A stretch of 64,000 bases of DNA from Nitratiruptor sp. Its GTDB lineage: Bacteria > Campylobacterota > Campylobacteria > Campylobacterales > Nitratiruptoraceae. The stretch covers positions 3,398 to 67,397 of the forward strand of contig PUXW01000008.1 of NCBI GenBank assembly GCA_009659925.1. The letters run 5' to 3'. Shown here piece after piece: positions 1-9,144 of this stretch (within the stretch, counting starts at the first letter, position 1; each line of letters opens with the position of its first letter). The position numbers and the translations under genes were made by a program. The notes under the pieces were generated by a model, which saw nothing but the letters and a program-made list of their open reading frames with translations, searched no databases and was not told the DNA's origin.

Positions 1-1533
1 ATCCTCCAAAAGATCAAGCTGGATCGAGGGATGAGCAAGCGGGTCCGCCTGTTGGCCCTCTTCCTCGCCCTCACCTTTATGATCTTCGCTTTAGCCCGTC
101 CAGTCTATCAAAAGGGGATTGTCGAAGTGGAGCGCCGCTACAGCGACCTGGTGATCGCTCTGGACATCAGCCGCTCCATGCAAGCCAAAGACCTCTACCC
201 CAATAGGCTCCAATTTGCCAAGCGGAAGGTAGAAGAGCTCATCGAAGCGAGTGAGAATCTAGCCATCGGTCTCATCGCCTTTGCCCAAAATGCCTTTATC
301 ATCTCCCCCATCACCCCGGACAAGGAGGCCCTCCTCTATCTCTTGGACAACTTCGATACCACCTCCCTCTCCATGCGGGGGACCAACATCGCCGCCGCCC
401 TCTTGAGCGCCAAGCTCCTCTATGGCTCCAAGAGTCCCAAGAATCTCCTCCTGGTAACCGATGGGGGGGATCAAGAGAGCTTTGACGAGGAGATCGCTCT
501 AGCCAAGGAGGCCGGTTTCAAGATCCATGTTCTGGGAGTTGGTACCAGGAAGGGGGCTCCGTTGGAAGAGGAAGGGGGCGGGTATCTTCAAGATCGCCAG
601 GGCAATATCGTCATCGTCCGTCTCAATGAAGCCATCGCCCAATTGGCCCAGGCAACGGGGGGGCGGTTCATCCAGGCCCTCCCCTCCCGAGAGGATATCC
701 AAAAGCTCCTCCAAGCCATCTCAGGAGAGGCTCGAAAGAGCTCGGAGCAAGAGCGTATCGTCGATCAATTGGAGCTCTACCCCTATCTCCTTGTGCTGGC
801 TCTCCTCTTCCTCTTTCTCGCCCTCTTCGATCTACCCAGCAAGGGGGTTGCCTTTGCCATGCTCCTTTGCCTTCCTGTCTATGGGGGGCTCCTGGACTTT
901 CGCACCATCAAGCAGGCTCAAGAGGCCTACGAACAGGGGGCTTATGAGGCGGCGGTCAAGGACTTCGAAGCCATTGCCAAGAGTAAGGGGAGTCCCGAGA
1001 GCTTCTACGATCTAGGGAACGCCTACTACAAGGCCAAGGCCTACGAGAAGGCTATTGCCGCTTACAACAAGGTGGTCACCTCCGATCCCGATTTGGCCTT
1101 CAGGAAGCTCCACAATCTTGGAAACAGCTACTTCATGCTCCAGAAGTATGAGCGGGCGATCCACTTCTATGAGCAGGCCTTGGAGATTCGGGAAGATCGT
1201 GAGACGAGGGCCAACCTCGAACTAGCCAGACAGATGCTCCAGCGCCAACGGCAAAAGCAAGAGCCCCAAAGAGCAAAGAGAGAGTCCGACCAGGAGCAGG
1301 AGAAGCCCCCTTCCAAGAGCAAGGCCCAGGAGGGGCAAGAGCAAGAGGAGGAGGGGACCCGCAAGGAGCCGGCCAACCGCCAGCCCCAAAAGAGCCAGGA
1401 TCAAGGTCCCATCACAAACAGAGAGGAGAAGAAGTGGGAGAAGAACCTCCACCAGCGGACCATCCGCACACTCCTTTACAAGGCTCCAATCCAAGAGGCA
1501 CGAAAGGGAGGGGAAGATGAGAATCCTTGGTAG
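1..1533 (+). CDS. VWA-domain plus TPR-repeat membrane protein, BatB/BatC-like (5' end probably upstream of window)
   Basis: ORF 31..1533, but the frame is open back to base 1. TM 'RLLALFLALTFMIFALARP' is followed by a MIDAS-type 'DISRS' (VWA). The C-terminus has TPR-like 'YDLGNAYYKAKAYEKAIAAYNKV' and a K/E/Q-rich tail. Confidence 0.7.
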   Translation: MLQKIKLDRGMSKRVRLLALFLALTFMIFALARPVYQKGIVEVERRYSDLVIALDISRSMQAKDLYPNRLQFAKRKVEELIEASENLAIGLIAFAQNAFIISPITPDKEALLYLLDNFDTTSLSMRGTNIAAALLSAKLLYGSKSPKNLLLVTDGGDQESFDEEIALAKEAGFKIHVLGVGTRKGAPLEEEGGGYLQDRQGNIVIVRLNEAIAQLAQATGGRFIQALPSREDIQKLLQAISGEARKSSEQERIVDQLELYPYLLVLALLFLFLALFDLPSKGVAFAMLLCLPVYGGLLDFRTIKQAQEAYEQGAYEAAVKDFEAIAKSKGSPESFYDLGNAYYKAKAYEKAIAAYNKVVTSDPDLAFRKLHNLGNSYFMLQKYERAIHFYEQALEIREDRETRANLELARQMLQRQRQKQEPQRAKRESDQEQEKPPSKSKAQEGQEQEEEGTRKEPANRQPQKSQDQGPITNREEKKWEKNLHQRTIRTLLYKAPIQEARKGGEDENPW

Positions 1534-2983
1534 TTGGATCTTGCTGTTTTGGGCCCTCTGGCTCCATGGGGGAACCCTCAAGGTCTACCTCAAAGAGAAT
1601 CCCATCGCCCTGGGAGAGCCAGCACAACTGGTGATTGAGGCGAGCGGGGATGAGGTGGAACTTCCCACCATCAAGCGCATCGCCGGATACCCAGTGGCAG
1701 GACGCAGTAGGAGCGAGTCGGTCATCGAGCGCGGGGGAGAGTTCATCGTCCAGAAGATCGAGGTTTTGACCTTCTATCCCGACCGCAATGTCACTATCCA
1801 GCCCATCGCCGTACAGATCGATGGACAAATCCACAAGAGCGAGCCCATCGAGCTCGGGGTCAAACGGCGGATCAAACGGGACGAGTATGTCCACTTCAGC
1901 CTCCAGGCCAGTAAGCGGGAGGCCTTTGTCGGAGAGCCTATCCTCTTGGAGATGGTCTTGAAGTTGCGGCGGGGGTTGAACATCATCAACTACGACTTCA
2001 TCCCTCCCAAATTCGACGGTTTTTGGGTCAAGGAGCTGGAAGGGAGCAACAAATACCTGGAAGAGCATGGTGAATATTTGATCAAGCGGATGCGCTTCCT
2101 CCTTCTTCCCCAGCGTCCGGGGGCCTTGAAGGTCGCTCCCGCCCTCTTCAAATATGCGACGCCCCAACGCAGTACCGATCTTTTCGGCTTTAGTATCACC
2201 GCTCCTAAATGGCATAGCGTCCTCTCCAACGAGATCACCATCATCGCCAAACCCTTGCCCAAGGATCTCGACCTCGTTGGAGATTTCCAACTGCGACTCG
2301 AGGTGGACAAAAGGGAGGTCGATCCCAACGAGCCGGTCAATGTGACTTTGACCATCGAGGGGCCGGGAAATTTGGAAAACTTTTCGGGCATCAAACTATC
2401 GATCCCCAATGCCCTGGTCTACGAAGATCGGCCCCAGACCAAACTTAGTCTCCAAGGCTCAACAATCCACTCCACCTTCACCCAGCACTTTTCCATCATC
2501 GCCGATGCCAACTTCACCATTCCAGCCATCAGTTTGGAGTATTTCAGCCTCAAGGAGGAGAACCTCAAAGAGCTCAAGAGCGATCCAATTCCCATCCATG
2601 TCCGCGGCTCTGCCCCGCCACCTCCGCCCCCGAGTCAAAGCCATCCCTCTCCTCCTCCCACCTCCTCGACCTCAAGCTCTTCCTCCTCCAGCCACTTTTG
2701 GCCCCCTTTCCTCTTGGGTTTTGGGAGCGCCTTGGCCCTGGTGGCCCTCTTCTGGCTGGGAAGGCGTGTAGGGAGGTGGAAAGTGAAGGGCGCAGGGGGA
2801 AAGAGGGAGCTCTTGAGGCGGCTCCTGCCTCATGTGGGCCATGACCCTGAAGCGGCCCGTATGGCCGAGGCCCTCTACGAAGAGCTCTACGAGGGCAAGG
2901 GGAAGCGGGTGAGCAAGCGGGAGGTAGTCCGGTTACTAGAGGATCTTGTGGAGCGTCGTCGCCCGGGCCATCCAGGTCCGTAG
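1517..2983 (+). CDS. BatD-like (oxygen-tolerance family) membrane protein
   Basis: Signal peptide 'ILLFWALWLHG', a long beta-rich exported region, a PPPPPP/poly-Ser linker and a C-terminal TM 'LLGFGSALALVALFWLG'. It overlaps the upstream VWA/TPR gene by 17 nt. Assignment rests on architecture and context. Confidence 0.55.
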   Translation: MRILGSWILLFWALWLHGGTLKVYLKENPIALGEPAQLVIEASGDEVELPTIKRIAGYPVAGRSRSESVIERGGEFIVQKIEVLTFYPDRNVTIQPIAVQIDGQIHKSEPIELGVKRRIKRDEYVHFSLQASKREAFVGEPILLEMVLKLRRGLNIINYDFIPPKFDGFWVKELEGSNKYLEEHGEYLIKRMRFLLLPQRPGALKVAPALFKYATPQRSTDLFGFSITAPKWHSVLSNEITIIAKPLPKDLDLVGDFQLRLEVDKREVDPNEPVNVTLTIEGPGNLENFSGIKLSIPNALVYEDRPQTKLSLQGSTIHSTFTQHFSIIADANFTIPAISLEYFSLKEENLKELKSDPIPIHVRGSAPPPPPPSQSHPSPPPTSSTSSSSSSSHFWPPFLLGFGSALALVALFWLGRRVGRWKVKGAGGKRELLRRLLPHVGHDPEAARMAEALYEELYEGKGKRVSKREVVRLLEDLVERRRPGHPGP

Positions 2984-3763
2984 CTCCTCCCAGCGCTCCT
3001 CCTCAATGAGTTCTAAGGCTTGGCGCAGCTCCCGTTTGAAGACCTCCATCGCTTCGAGGAGGTGTTCCCGATTCTGTTTGAAGATGTCGACCCACATGTC
3101 GGGATTGCTCTTGGCAAGGCGACTCATATCCTTGAATCCCCCTGCTGCAAGGACCAAGATACTCTTGGGATCCTCCTGTTTGAGGACCGAATTGGCTAAG
3201 GCGTAGCTGATGGCATGGGGGAGGTGGGAGATATAGGCTGCGTGGAGATCGTGCTCCTTGGCCTCCATGTAGACGATCTCCATCCCAATAGCCTCGAAGA
3301 GCTCCTTGGCCCGCTCTTTGTGGAGCTCTCCGCTTGCTTCAATGTCGCACAAGACCACGATCTTCCCATGGTAGAGTCCTTCAATGGCTGCCAGAGGACC
3401 GCTGTATTCGGTACCAGTCATCGGGTGGGCCGGGACGAAGTTGGAGCGGATTTCGGGGGGACAGGCTTGGATGATCTTGGCCTTGGTGCTTCCTAAGTCG
3501 ATCAGGGTGGTCTGGGGGTCGATATCCTTGAAGGTGGGGAAGAGTTTGATGATCCCCTCCACGGGAATGGCCAAGAAGATGACATCGGCCCTTTTGAGCT
3601 CTTCGAGGGGGACGATCCGGTCGACGAGCCCTAGTTCTTGGGCCGTCTTGGCATGCTCTTCGTTACGATCGTATCCGAGAATTTCTTGAGCCAGAGCGAA
3701 ACGGCGTAAATCGAGGGCGAGGGAGCCTCCCATAAGGCCAAGCCCCACAATCCCAACAACCAT
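2936..3763 (-). CDS. tyrA: prephenate dehydrogenase
   Basis: Rossmann motif 'VGIVGLGLMGGSLA', 'HPMTGTE' core and typical length (275 aa). Confidence 0.85.
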   Translation of the reverse strand: MVVGIVGLGLMGGSLALDLRRFALAQEILGYDRNEEHAKTAQELGLVDRIVPLEELKRADVIFLAIPVEGIIKLFPTFKDIDPQTTLIDLGSTKAKIIQACPPEIRSNFVPAHPMTGTEYSGPLAAIEGLYHGKIVVLCDIEASGELHKERAKELFEAIGMEIVYMEAKEHDLHAAYISHLPHAISYALANSVLKQEDPKSILVLAAGGFKDMSRLAKSNPDMWVDIFKQNREHLLEAMEVFKRELRQALELIEEERWEELRTWMARATTLHKIL

Positions 3764-3782
3764 GGACCCTCCTTTTTGAGCA

Positions 3783-3788
3783 ATTATA
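3783..3788 (-). promoter_or_regulatory. candidate -10 box (TATAAT) for tyrA
   Basis: The minus strand reads 'caggaTATAATtgctcaaaaaggagggtccATG'. The -10 lies about 19 nt upstream of the ATG, followed by a GGAGG SD. Confidence 0.3.
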
Positions 3789-3824
3789 TCCTGCCCCCCT
3801 TTTAATCAAGATTAATCAAAATAG

Positions 3825-3833
3825 TGGTACACT
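3825..3833 (+). promoter_or_regulatory. candidate extended -10 (TGGTACACT) for bamA
   Basis: TGn + TAcAcT lies 42 nt upstream of the bamA ATG, in the 112-nt divergent spacer. Confidence 0.25.
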
Positions 3834-3875
3834 AAGGGAAAAAATTGCCAAAAAACCTTATACGAAGGCCTTTCG

Positions 3876-6089
3876 ATGAGATCCAGTGCCCTTGTCCTCT
3901 CCTACATCGCCGCAGCGACCATGTACGCTCAGGAGATCCGCTCCATCGAGTTCAAAGGACTCCTCCATCTCTCCCCCACCGTAGCCAGGGAGATGGTAGG
4001 GCTCGCCCCTGGAGATCCCATCGATATGGAGCGCATCGATCAGGCCATCAAGCGGTTCTACAAACAGGGCTACTTCAAGGACATCTGGGTAGAAGAGGAG
4101 GGGGGAAAACTGACCTTCCATTTTGTCGAGAAGCCCCTCATAGCCCAGATCGAAGTGGTTGGCTATTTGCAAGATCGAAAAGAGGAGCTCCCTGAGATCC
4201 TTGGGCTCAAGAAGGGAGACATCTACGACGAGGAGCGGATTGCCCAGGCTATCCAGCGGATCAAGGACTATGCCAAGTCCAAGGGCTATTTCGATACCGT
4301 GGTAGAGGTCGAGACCCAGAAAGTAGGCCACAATGGGGTCAAAGTTACCTTCATCGTCAACAAAGGAGAGAAGATCTACATCGACCGCCTCACTTTGTGT
4401 GGCGCCAAGCGATTCGATAAGGATGAGATCGAAGATGTCATAGCCAACAGGGAACGCCACCCCTTCCTGGGCTGGATGATCGGTTTTGATAGTGGGGAGG
4501 TCAAGCTTGACGAACTTGCCAAGGACCGGGCCAGAATCAAGAACAAGTACCTAACCGAAGGCTATTTGGATGTGGAGGTGAGCGATCCCCTTCTGCGGGT
4601 TAATTTCGACAACTACAAGGCCAAATTGCGCTACCATATCCACGAGGGAGAGCCCTACACCGTGGCCGACGTTCAAATTCGCCTCCTCGAACCGGTGATC
4701 GATGAAAAAGAGCTTTTCGAAGCGCTCAAGCTCCGACCTGGCAAGACTTTCAACATCGAGAAGATGCGCAAGGATATGGAGCGGTTGCGCATCGCCATCG
4801 CCGACAAGGGGTATGCCTTCGTGCGGATCGTCCCCGACTTCAAGAAGGATCCCCAAAACCACACTGTCTCCATCCGCTATGTCATCAACCCAGGGGAGAA
4901 GGTCTACATCCGGGATGTGATCATCTCCGGGAACCAGCGTACCTTGGACCGGGTGATCCGGCGCGATGTCTATCTGGCTCCGGGGGATCCTTTTAGTTAC
5001 ACCGACTACCAAGACTCCATTAACGCCTTGAAGCGGACTGGATTCTTTGAGGAGGTTCAAATCGAACAGCGGCGGGTTGGTCCCAATGAGATGGATTTAC
5101 TGGTGCGGGTCAAGGAGATGCCCACAGGAAACATTATGATTGGTGGGGGATATAGCTCCTATGAGGGCTTCATCATCAATGCAGCCATCAACGACCGTAA
5201 CATCTTCGGCAGTGGGATCAACGGAAGCCTTTCGGTAGACTTTTCGAGTAAATCGTTCCGATTCAACCTAGGCATTTACAACCCTAGGGTCTTTGATAGC
5301 GAGTATAGCCTCGGACTCAACGCCTACAATACTGAGTTTGAAAGCTACGACTACACTCAGGAGCGCAAGGGGGTCTCCCTCTCCCTGGGACGCCGCTTCA
5401 CCCGCCACCTCTCGGGCTCCCTCACCTACGCCTATGAGAGCAACAAGCTCACCGACGTGGCCTACGATAGCATCTACTTCCAGGAGGGAACCTATACCAA
5501 GAGCTCCCTCATTCCAGCCATTACCTTCGACAACACCGACGACTACTACCTGCCCCGCAGCGGGGTGGCCGCCTATGGTTCTATCGAGTATGCTGGCATC
5601 GGAGGGGACGAGGAGTTTGTCAAATACTACCTCAAAGGAGCCTACTACCTTGGGCTTGAGGACTATCTCGATTATGATCTGATCCTCCGCTTCAAGGGCA
5701 AGATCGGCTACATCCACGATCGAGGCTATCTGCCGGTCTTCGAGAAGTTCTTCCTCGGAGGGATCCACAGTGTCCGGGGCTACCAGGTGGCCTCCATCTC
5801 TCCAACCGACGATCAGGGCCGCCTCATCGGGGGTAAGGAGATGTTCGTCACCTCCCTGGAGGCGAGTATCCCCCTCACCGACCAGAAGAATATGCGTTTG
5901 ACCTTCTTCGTCGACTATGGAGGGATCGGGGAGGAGAGCTATACCCAGATCACCCGGAGCGGGGCTGGGGTAGCCCTGGAGTGGGTTTCACCCATGGGAC
6001 CGATCCAACTGGTCTTCGCCAACGCCCTCAACGACAAGCCCGGCGACCGGACAGCCAACTTCGAGTTCATGATTGGGCAACGATTCTAA
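3876..6089 (+). CDS. bamA: outer membrane protein assembly factor BamA
   Basis: Signal peptide 'LVLSYIAAATMYAQE', POTRA-like repeats and a C-terminal beta-barrel ending 'FEFMIGQRF' (terminal Phe). Confidence 0.9.
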   Translation: MRSSALVLSYIAAATMYAQEIRSIEFKGLLHLSPTVAREMVGLAPGDPIDMERIDQAIKRFYKQGYFKDIWVEEEGGKLTFHFVEKPLIAQIEVVGYLQDRKEELPEILGLKKGDIYDEERIAQAIQRIKDYAKSKGYFDTVVEVETQKVGHNGVKVTFIVNKGEKIYIDRLTLCGAKRFDKDEIEDVIANRERHPFLGWMIGFDSGEVKLDELAKDRARIKNKYLTEGYLDVEVSDPLLRVNFDNYKAKLRYHIHEGEPYTVADVQIRLLEPVIDEKELFEALKLRPGKTFNIEKMRKDMERLRIAIADKGYAFVRIVPDFKKDPQNHTVSIRYVINPGEKVYIRDVIISGNQRTLDRVIRRDVYLAPGDPFSYTDYQDSINALKRTGFFEEVQIEQRRVGPNEMDLLVRVKEMPTGNIMIGGGYSSYEGFIINAAINDRNIFGSGINGSLSVDFSSKSFRFNLGIYNPRVFDSEYSLGLNAYNTEFESYDYTQERKGVSLSLGRRFTRHLSGSLTYAYESNKLTDVAYDSIYFQEGTYTKSSLIPAITFDNTDDYYLPRSGVAAYGSIEYAGIGGDEEFVKYYLKGAYYLGLEDYLDYDLILRFKGKIGYIHDRGYLPVFEKFFLGGIHSVRGYQVASISPTDDQGRLIGGKEMFVTSLEASIPLTDQKNMRLTFFVDYGGIGEESYTQITRSGAGVALEWVSPMGPIQLVFANALNDKPGDRTANFEFMIGQRF

Positions 6090-7539
6090 TGGCGATGGGG
6101 GCCGGCTTTTCGAGTTCCTTGATCTCGTTGGCTGCCAGATAGAGGGGCTCCTTGGTGAGGATGAGCAGGAGCATATCCTCGTAGTGGAGGGTGAAGTCGG
6201 GGCAGCGTAAATCGCGGTTGAGGACTTCGGCGAGGGAGAGGATGAAGCTGAGCCACTGGAGGGTGGTCTCATCCGGCAAGAGGGGGGCGAAGCGCTGGAT
6301 GTAGGAGCGGGAGGGGAGTTTGCGCTTGTGGTAGCGGATGAGGGTGGCGACGGTGGCAATTTGAGTGTGGGTGACCCCATATTCCAGATTGCTGAGGACC
6401 AAATAGGCACTGTGTTTATGGTGTTCGTAAAAATCGATGAAGATTCCGATATTGGCAAGACGGGCGGCTAGATGGAGGACCTCTTCGTGGTGGCGTTGGG
6501 GATCGAAGAGGGGATGGAGGTGGTCATAGAGCCGTCGGCTGAGGCGGTAGAGGCAGCGGCTCCGGGCCTCGTCGATACAGAAGCGGTCCAAAAGGGCGCG
6601 GAGGCTGGGTTGGAAGTTGGGGGGGAAGCGGTAGTGGTGGTTGCGCAGGAGATCTTTCAAGAAGAGCCCCTCGCGAATCCCGACCCCGCTGGTGATCACC
6701 CGTTTGGCCCCCAGGAAGTCGAGGAGGCTGCGGAAGATGAGGGCTCCCCCCTTGATGGTGTCGTAGCGGTCCCGCTTGATGTGGTACTTCTTGAGCTTGG
6801 TGATGGGGGCTTCGATGATCTTCTCGATGAACTTCATCTCCCGCTCCACCTCGTAGGTGAAGGCGTGGAGCTTGTCGAGGGGGTAGTCGTTCTTGAGCAT
6901 GATCGCTTTGGAGAGGGCCCGGATCGTCCCTCCAATCCCAATCACCTCCTCATGGCGGAAGTGGGAGGGGAGGGTGGCGATGGCCTCCTGGATGAAGGCT
7001 TCCACCTCCTCCAAGGGGCGTTTGTGATCGAAGAAGAGCTCTTTGAGTCGGACTGTTCCAAGGTCGAGGGAGATGGTATCGACTACCTCTTTGTTGCGGA
7101 TGAGGGCGAGTTCGGTGGACCCGCCCCCGATATCGATGGTGACCCCATCCTCGATGGGGAGAAGGTTGGCGGCGGCGATGCCTCCCAAAAGGGCTTCGGT
7201 CTTGCCGTCGATAATCTTGATATTGAGCCCTAGCTCCCTGCGGACCCGGGCGCGAAACTCCCCCCGGTTAGGGGCGTCCCGAAGGGCGGAAGTGGCGATA
7301 GCCAGGATCTTGCGGACTTTGAGATGGCGGGCGATGGAGAGGAATTCCCGTAAGGCAGCCATGGCCCGCTCCATGGCCTTGGGTTGTAAGAGACCGCCAT
7401 GCTCATAGGCCCCTTCACCAATGCGGACCCGGCTCTTGACCTCTTCGATGAGGTGGAATCCATAGCGACTTGTGCGCTCGAGAACGATCATCCGAGCCGA
7501 GTTGGAGCCTATATCGATGATGGCGGTACGACGGGCCAT
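6067..7539 (-). CDS. exopolyphosphatase / guanosine pentaphosphate phosphohydrolase (Ppx/GppA family)
   Basis: 'AIIDIGSNSARMIV' and 'DIGGGSTEL' actin-fold phosphatase motifs, with an HD-like C-terminal half. Start moved to the ATG at 7539 (MARRTAIID), which overlaps the ferredoxin stop as TGATG. The track's 7635 start adds an Arg/Pro-rich junk extension. Confidence 0.85.
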   Translation of the reverse strand: MARRTAIIDIGSNSARMIVLERTSRYGFHLIEEVKSRVRIGEGAYEHGGLLQPKAMERAMAALREFLSIARHLKVRKILAIATSALRDAPNRGEFRARVRRELGLNIKIIDGKTEALLGGIAAANLLPIEDGVTIDIGGGSTELALIRNKEVVDTISLDLGTVRLKELFFDHKRPLEEVEAFIQEAIATLPSHFRHEEVIGIGGTIRALSKAIMLKNDYPLDKLHAFTYEVEREMKFIEKIIEAPITKLKKYHIKRDRYDTIKGGALIFRSLLDFLGAKRVITSGVGIREGLFLKDLLRNHHYRFPPNFQPSLRALLDRFCIDEARSRCLYRLSRRLYDHLHPLFDPQRHHEEVLHLAARLANIGIFIDFYEHHKHSAYLVLSNLEYGVTHTQIATVATLIRYHKRKLPSRSYIQRFAPLLPDETTLQWLSFILSLAEVLNRDLRCPDFTLHYEDMLLLILTKEPLYLAANEIKELEKPAPIAIRIVAQS

Positions 7540-7793
7540 CACTCCTCTTCGGCCACGATCTGCTGGTACTTGAACTTGAGTTCGGCCATAGTCTCCACAT
7601 TGTCGGGGTCGGGGACGATGCAATCCACCGGACAAACGGCCACGCAGGCTGGTTCGTCATAAAATCCGACACATTCAGTGCACCGGTCCGGGTCGATGAT
7701 GTAGATGGGATCCCCCTCCTCGATGGCCCCGGTGGGACACTCCTCCCGGCAGGCATCGCAGGCGATGCACTCTTCGTTGATGAGCAGTGACAT
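7539..7793 (-). CDS. YfhL-type 2x[4Fe-4S] ferredoxin
   Basis: 'CIACDACREECP' and 'CTECVGFYDEPACVAVCP' cluster motifs; 84 aa; GAGGAG SD upstream. Confidence 0.85.
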   Translation of the reverse strand: MSLLINEECIACDACREECPTGAIEEGDPIYIIDPDRCTECVGFYDEPACVAVCPVDCIVPDPDNVETMAELKFKYQQIVAEEE

Positions 7794-7860
7794 CTATCCG
7801 GCTCTCCTCGTCGATATTTTTGATAAACTGATTTATAGCCCAATTTGGCTTAAAAGAACT

Positions 7861-9144
7861 TTAACACAACGGACAGACCAGCTTGGAGGGAATGATCAGG
7901 GTGGCTATGGCCCCGGAGCGGTCTTTGCGGTTCTTGATGGAGATCCGCGCTCCCATGGCGTCGGCGGCGCTTTTGGCCAGAAAGAGTCCCAGCCCTACCC
8001 CGCTCTGGGCGCCAGAACGCTTGAAGGGGGCAAAGAGGTCCTTGTGCTCGTCGATTCCTGGCCCTTCATCGATGACTTCGATCTTGATCCCATTGTTGAT
8101 GGGAGTGCTCTGAAGGGTGATGGTTCCCCCTGGAGGGGTGAACTTGATGGCGTTCTGGACGAAATTCTGGATGATGTGGTTGAGGAGGGTGGGTTGGATG
8201 GAGATGGTATAGCGCTCCGGTTGGAGCTTGACGATGAAGTGCTTCCCCTCGCTCTCAGCCAGAAGGCGGTAGTTGTTGCTCTTTTCCCTTAAATACTCGA
8301 TCAGGTCGAGGGTGATAGGGGGTTCGAACTGGTCTCCCTCCTGGCGGCCGATTTTGAGGACATTCTCGATCATCTTGTTGAGCTCGTCGATGGTCTTGAT
8401 ATTGAGCTTAATCGTCTCGATGTACTCCTCGGGGGAGCGCTCCTTGATGAGGGTCACCTCATTCTTGAGCTTCATGACCGCCAAAGGGGTCTTGAGTTCG
8501 TGGGCGATGCCGATGAAGAGCTCTTTTTGGTACTTGACGTAGGTCTGGATCTTGTTGATGAGGATGTTGATAGAGCTGCCTAGGGGTTGGAACTCCACTG
8601 GAATATCCCGGATCTTGATGGGGCGGAGCAGGTCTTCGTTGAGTTTGGAGAGTTTGGCGGCGAGCTTCTGGATCGTCTTGGAGAGGGCGCTGGAGAGGAA
8701 GTGGGCGATAATGAGGATGATGACGAAACTGATAAGGTTGGTGATTATGATGTAGCGCCAGAGCTGTTCGAGAAACTCCTCGATGGAGGTGATATCCTTC
8801 TTGAGGATGAGGAAGCTCCGCTCTTCGAAGTTGTAAGGGTAGTAGAGGACCAGATAGCTCCGTTTGCCCTCGCGGATCTGGGTTATGGTGGCATCGTCGA
8901 TGTAGCGGGGTTTGGGGATAATCTGGACCGAGATGTCGAGGGTTTGGAGGTAGGAGGTGTCCAGCTGTTCATAGGAGTTGGCCACGAGATAGTGGGCCTG
9001 TTTGAGGAGCTGTTCCCGGGTCTCTTCGTAGATGGAACCTTTGATGAAGTTATACAAAATGGTGGAGAAGAGGGCGATGAGAATCGCCGAAGCGAGGATG
9101 AGCTGCCAGAGCAGCCGCCGTTTTAGGCTTTGCGAGGATAGCAA
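7861..9144 (-). CDS. two-component sensor histidine kinase
   Basis: Two TMs flank a ~110-aa periplasmic loop. H-box 'IAHELKTPLAVM', N-box 'QNAIKFT', G-boxes 'DEGPGI' and 'GVGLGL'. Confidence 0.85.
   Translation of the reverse strand: MLSSQSLKRRLLWQLILASAILIALFSTILYNFIKGSIYEETREQLLKQAHYLVANSYEQLDTSYLQTLDISVQIIPKPRYIDDATITQIREGKRSYLVLYYPYNFEERSFLILKKDITSIEEFLEQLWRYIIITNLISFVIILIIAHFLSSALSKTIQKLAAKLSKLNEDLLRPIKIRDIPVEFQPLGSSINILINKIQTYVKYQKELFIGIAHELKTPLAVMKLKNEVTLIKERSPEEYIETIKLNIKTIDELNKMIENVLKIGRQEGDQFEPPITLDLIEYLREKSNNYRLLAESEGKHFIVKLQPERYTISIQPTLLNHIIQNFVQNAIKFTPPGGTITLQSTPINNGIKIEVIDEGPGIDEHKDLFAPFKRSGAQSGVGLGLFLAKSAADAMGARISIKNRKDRSGAIATLIIPSKLVCPLC

Noticed and set aside
2605-2694. CCN/TCN-rich repetitive DNA that looks like a tandem repeat or CRISPR-like periodicity
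   Set aside because: It is in-frame coding low complexity (PPPPPP...SSSSSSS linker of the BatD-like protein). It has no spacer/repeat architecture, and no CRISPR array was seen anywhere in the window.
7540-7635. N-terminal extensions in the ORF track: ppx to 7635, asd to 58178, ABC ATPase to 51100, permease to 46897, the 109-aa ORF to 37806, flhG-like from 31284, lipoprotein from 36123, lpxC from 15063
   Set aside because: The extended parts overlap the neighbouring gene, are Arg/Pro/Ser-rich junk, and lack an SD. Internal starts give canonical N-termini, good SD spacing or ATGA/TGATG coupling.
7794-7860. Possible terminator hairpin after the histidine kinase gene (AGCC-n6-GGCT)
   Set aside because: The stem is only 4 bp and there is no U-tract, which is too weak to call. 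The spacer is more simply the ferredoxin promoter/SD region (TATAAA, GAGGAG).
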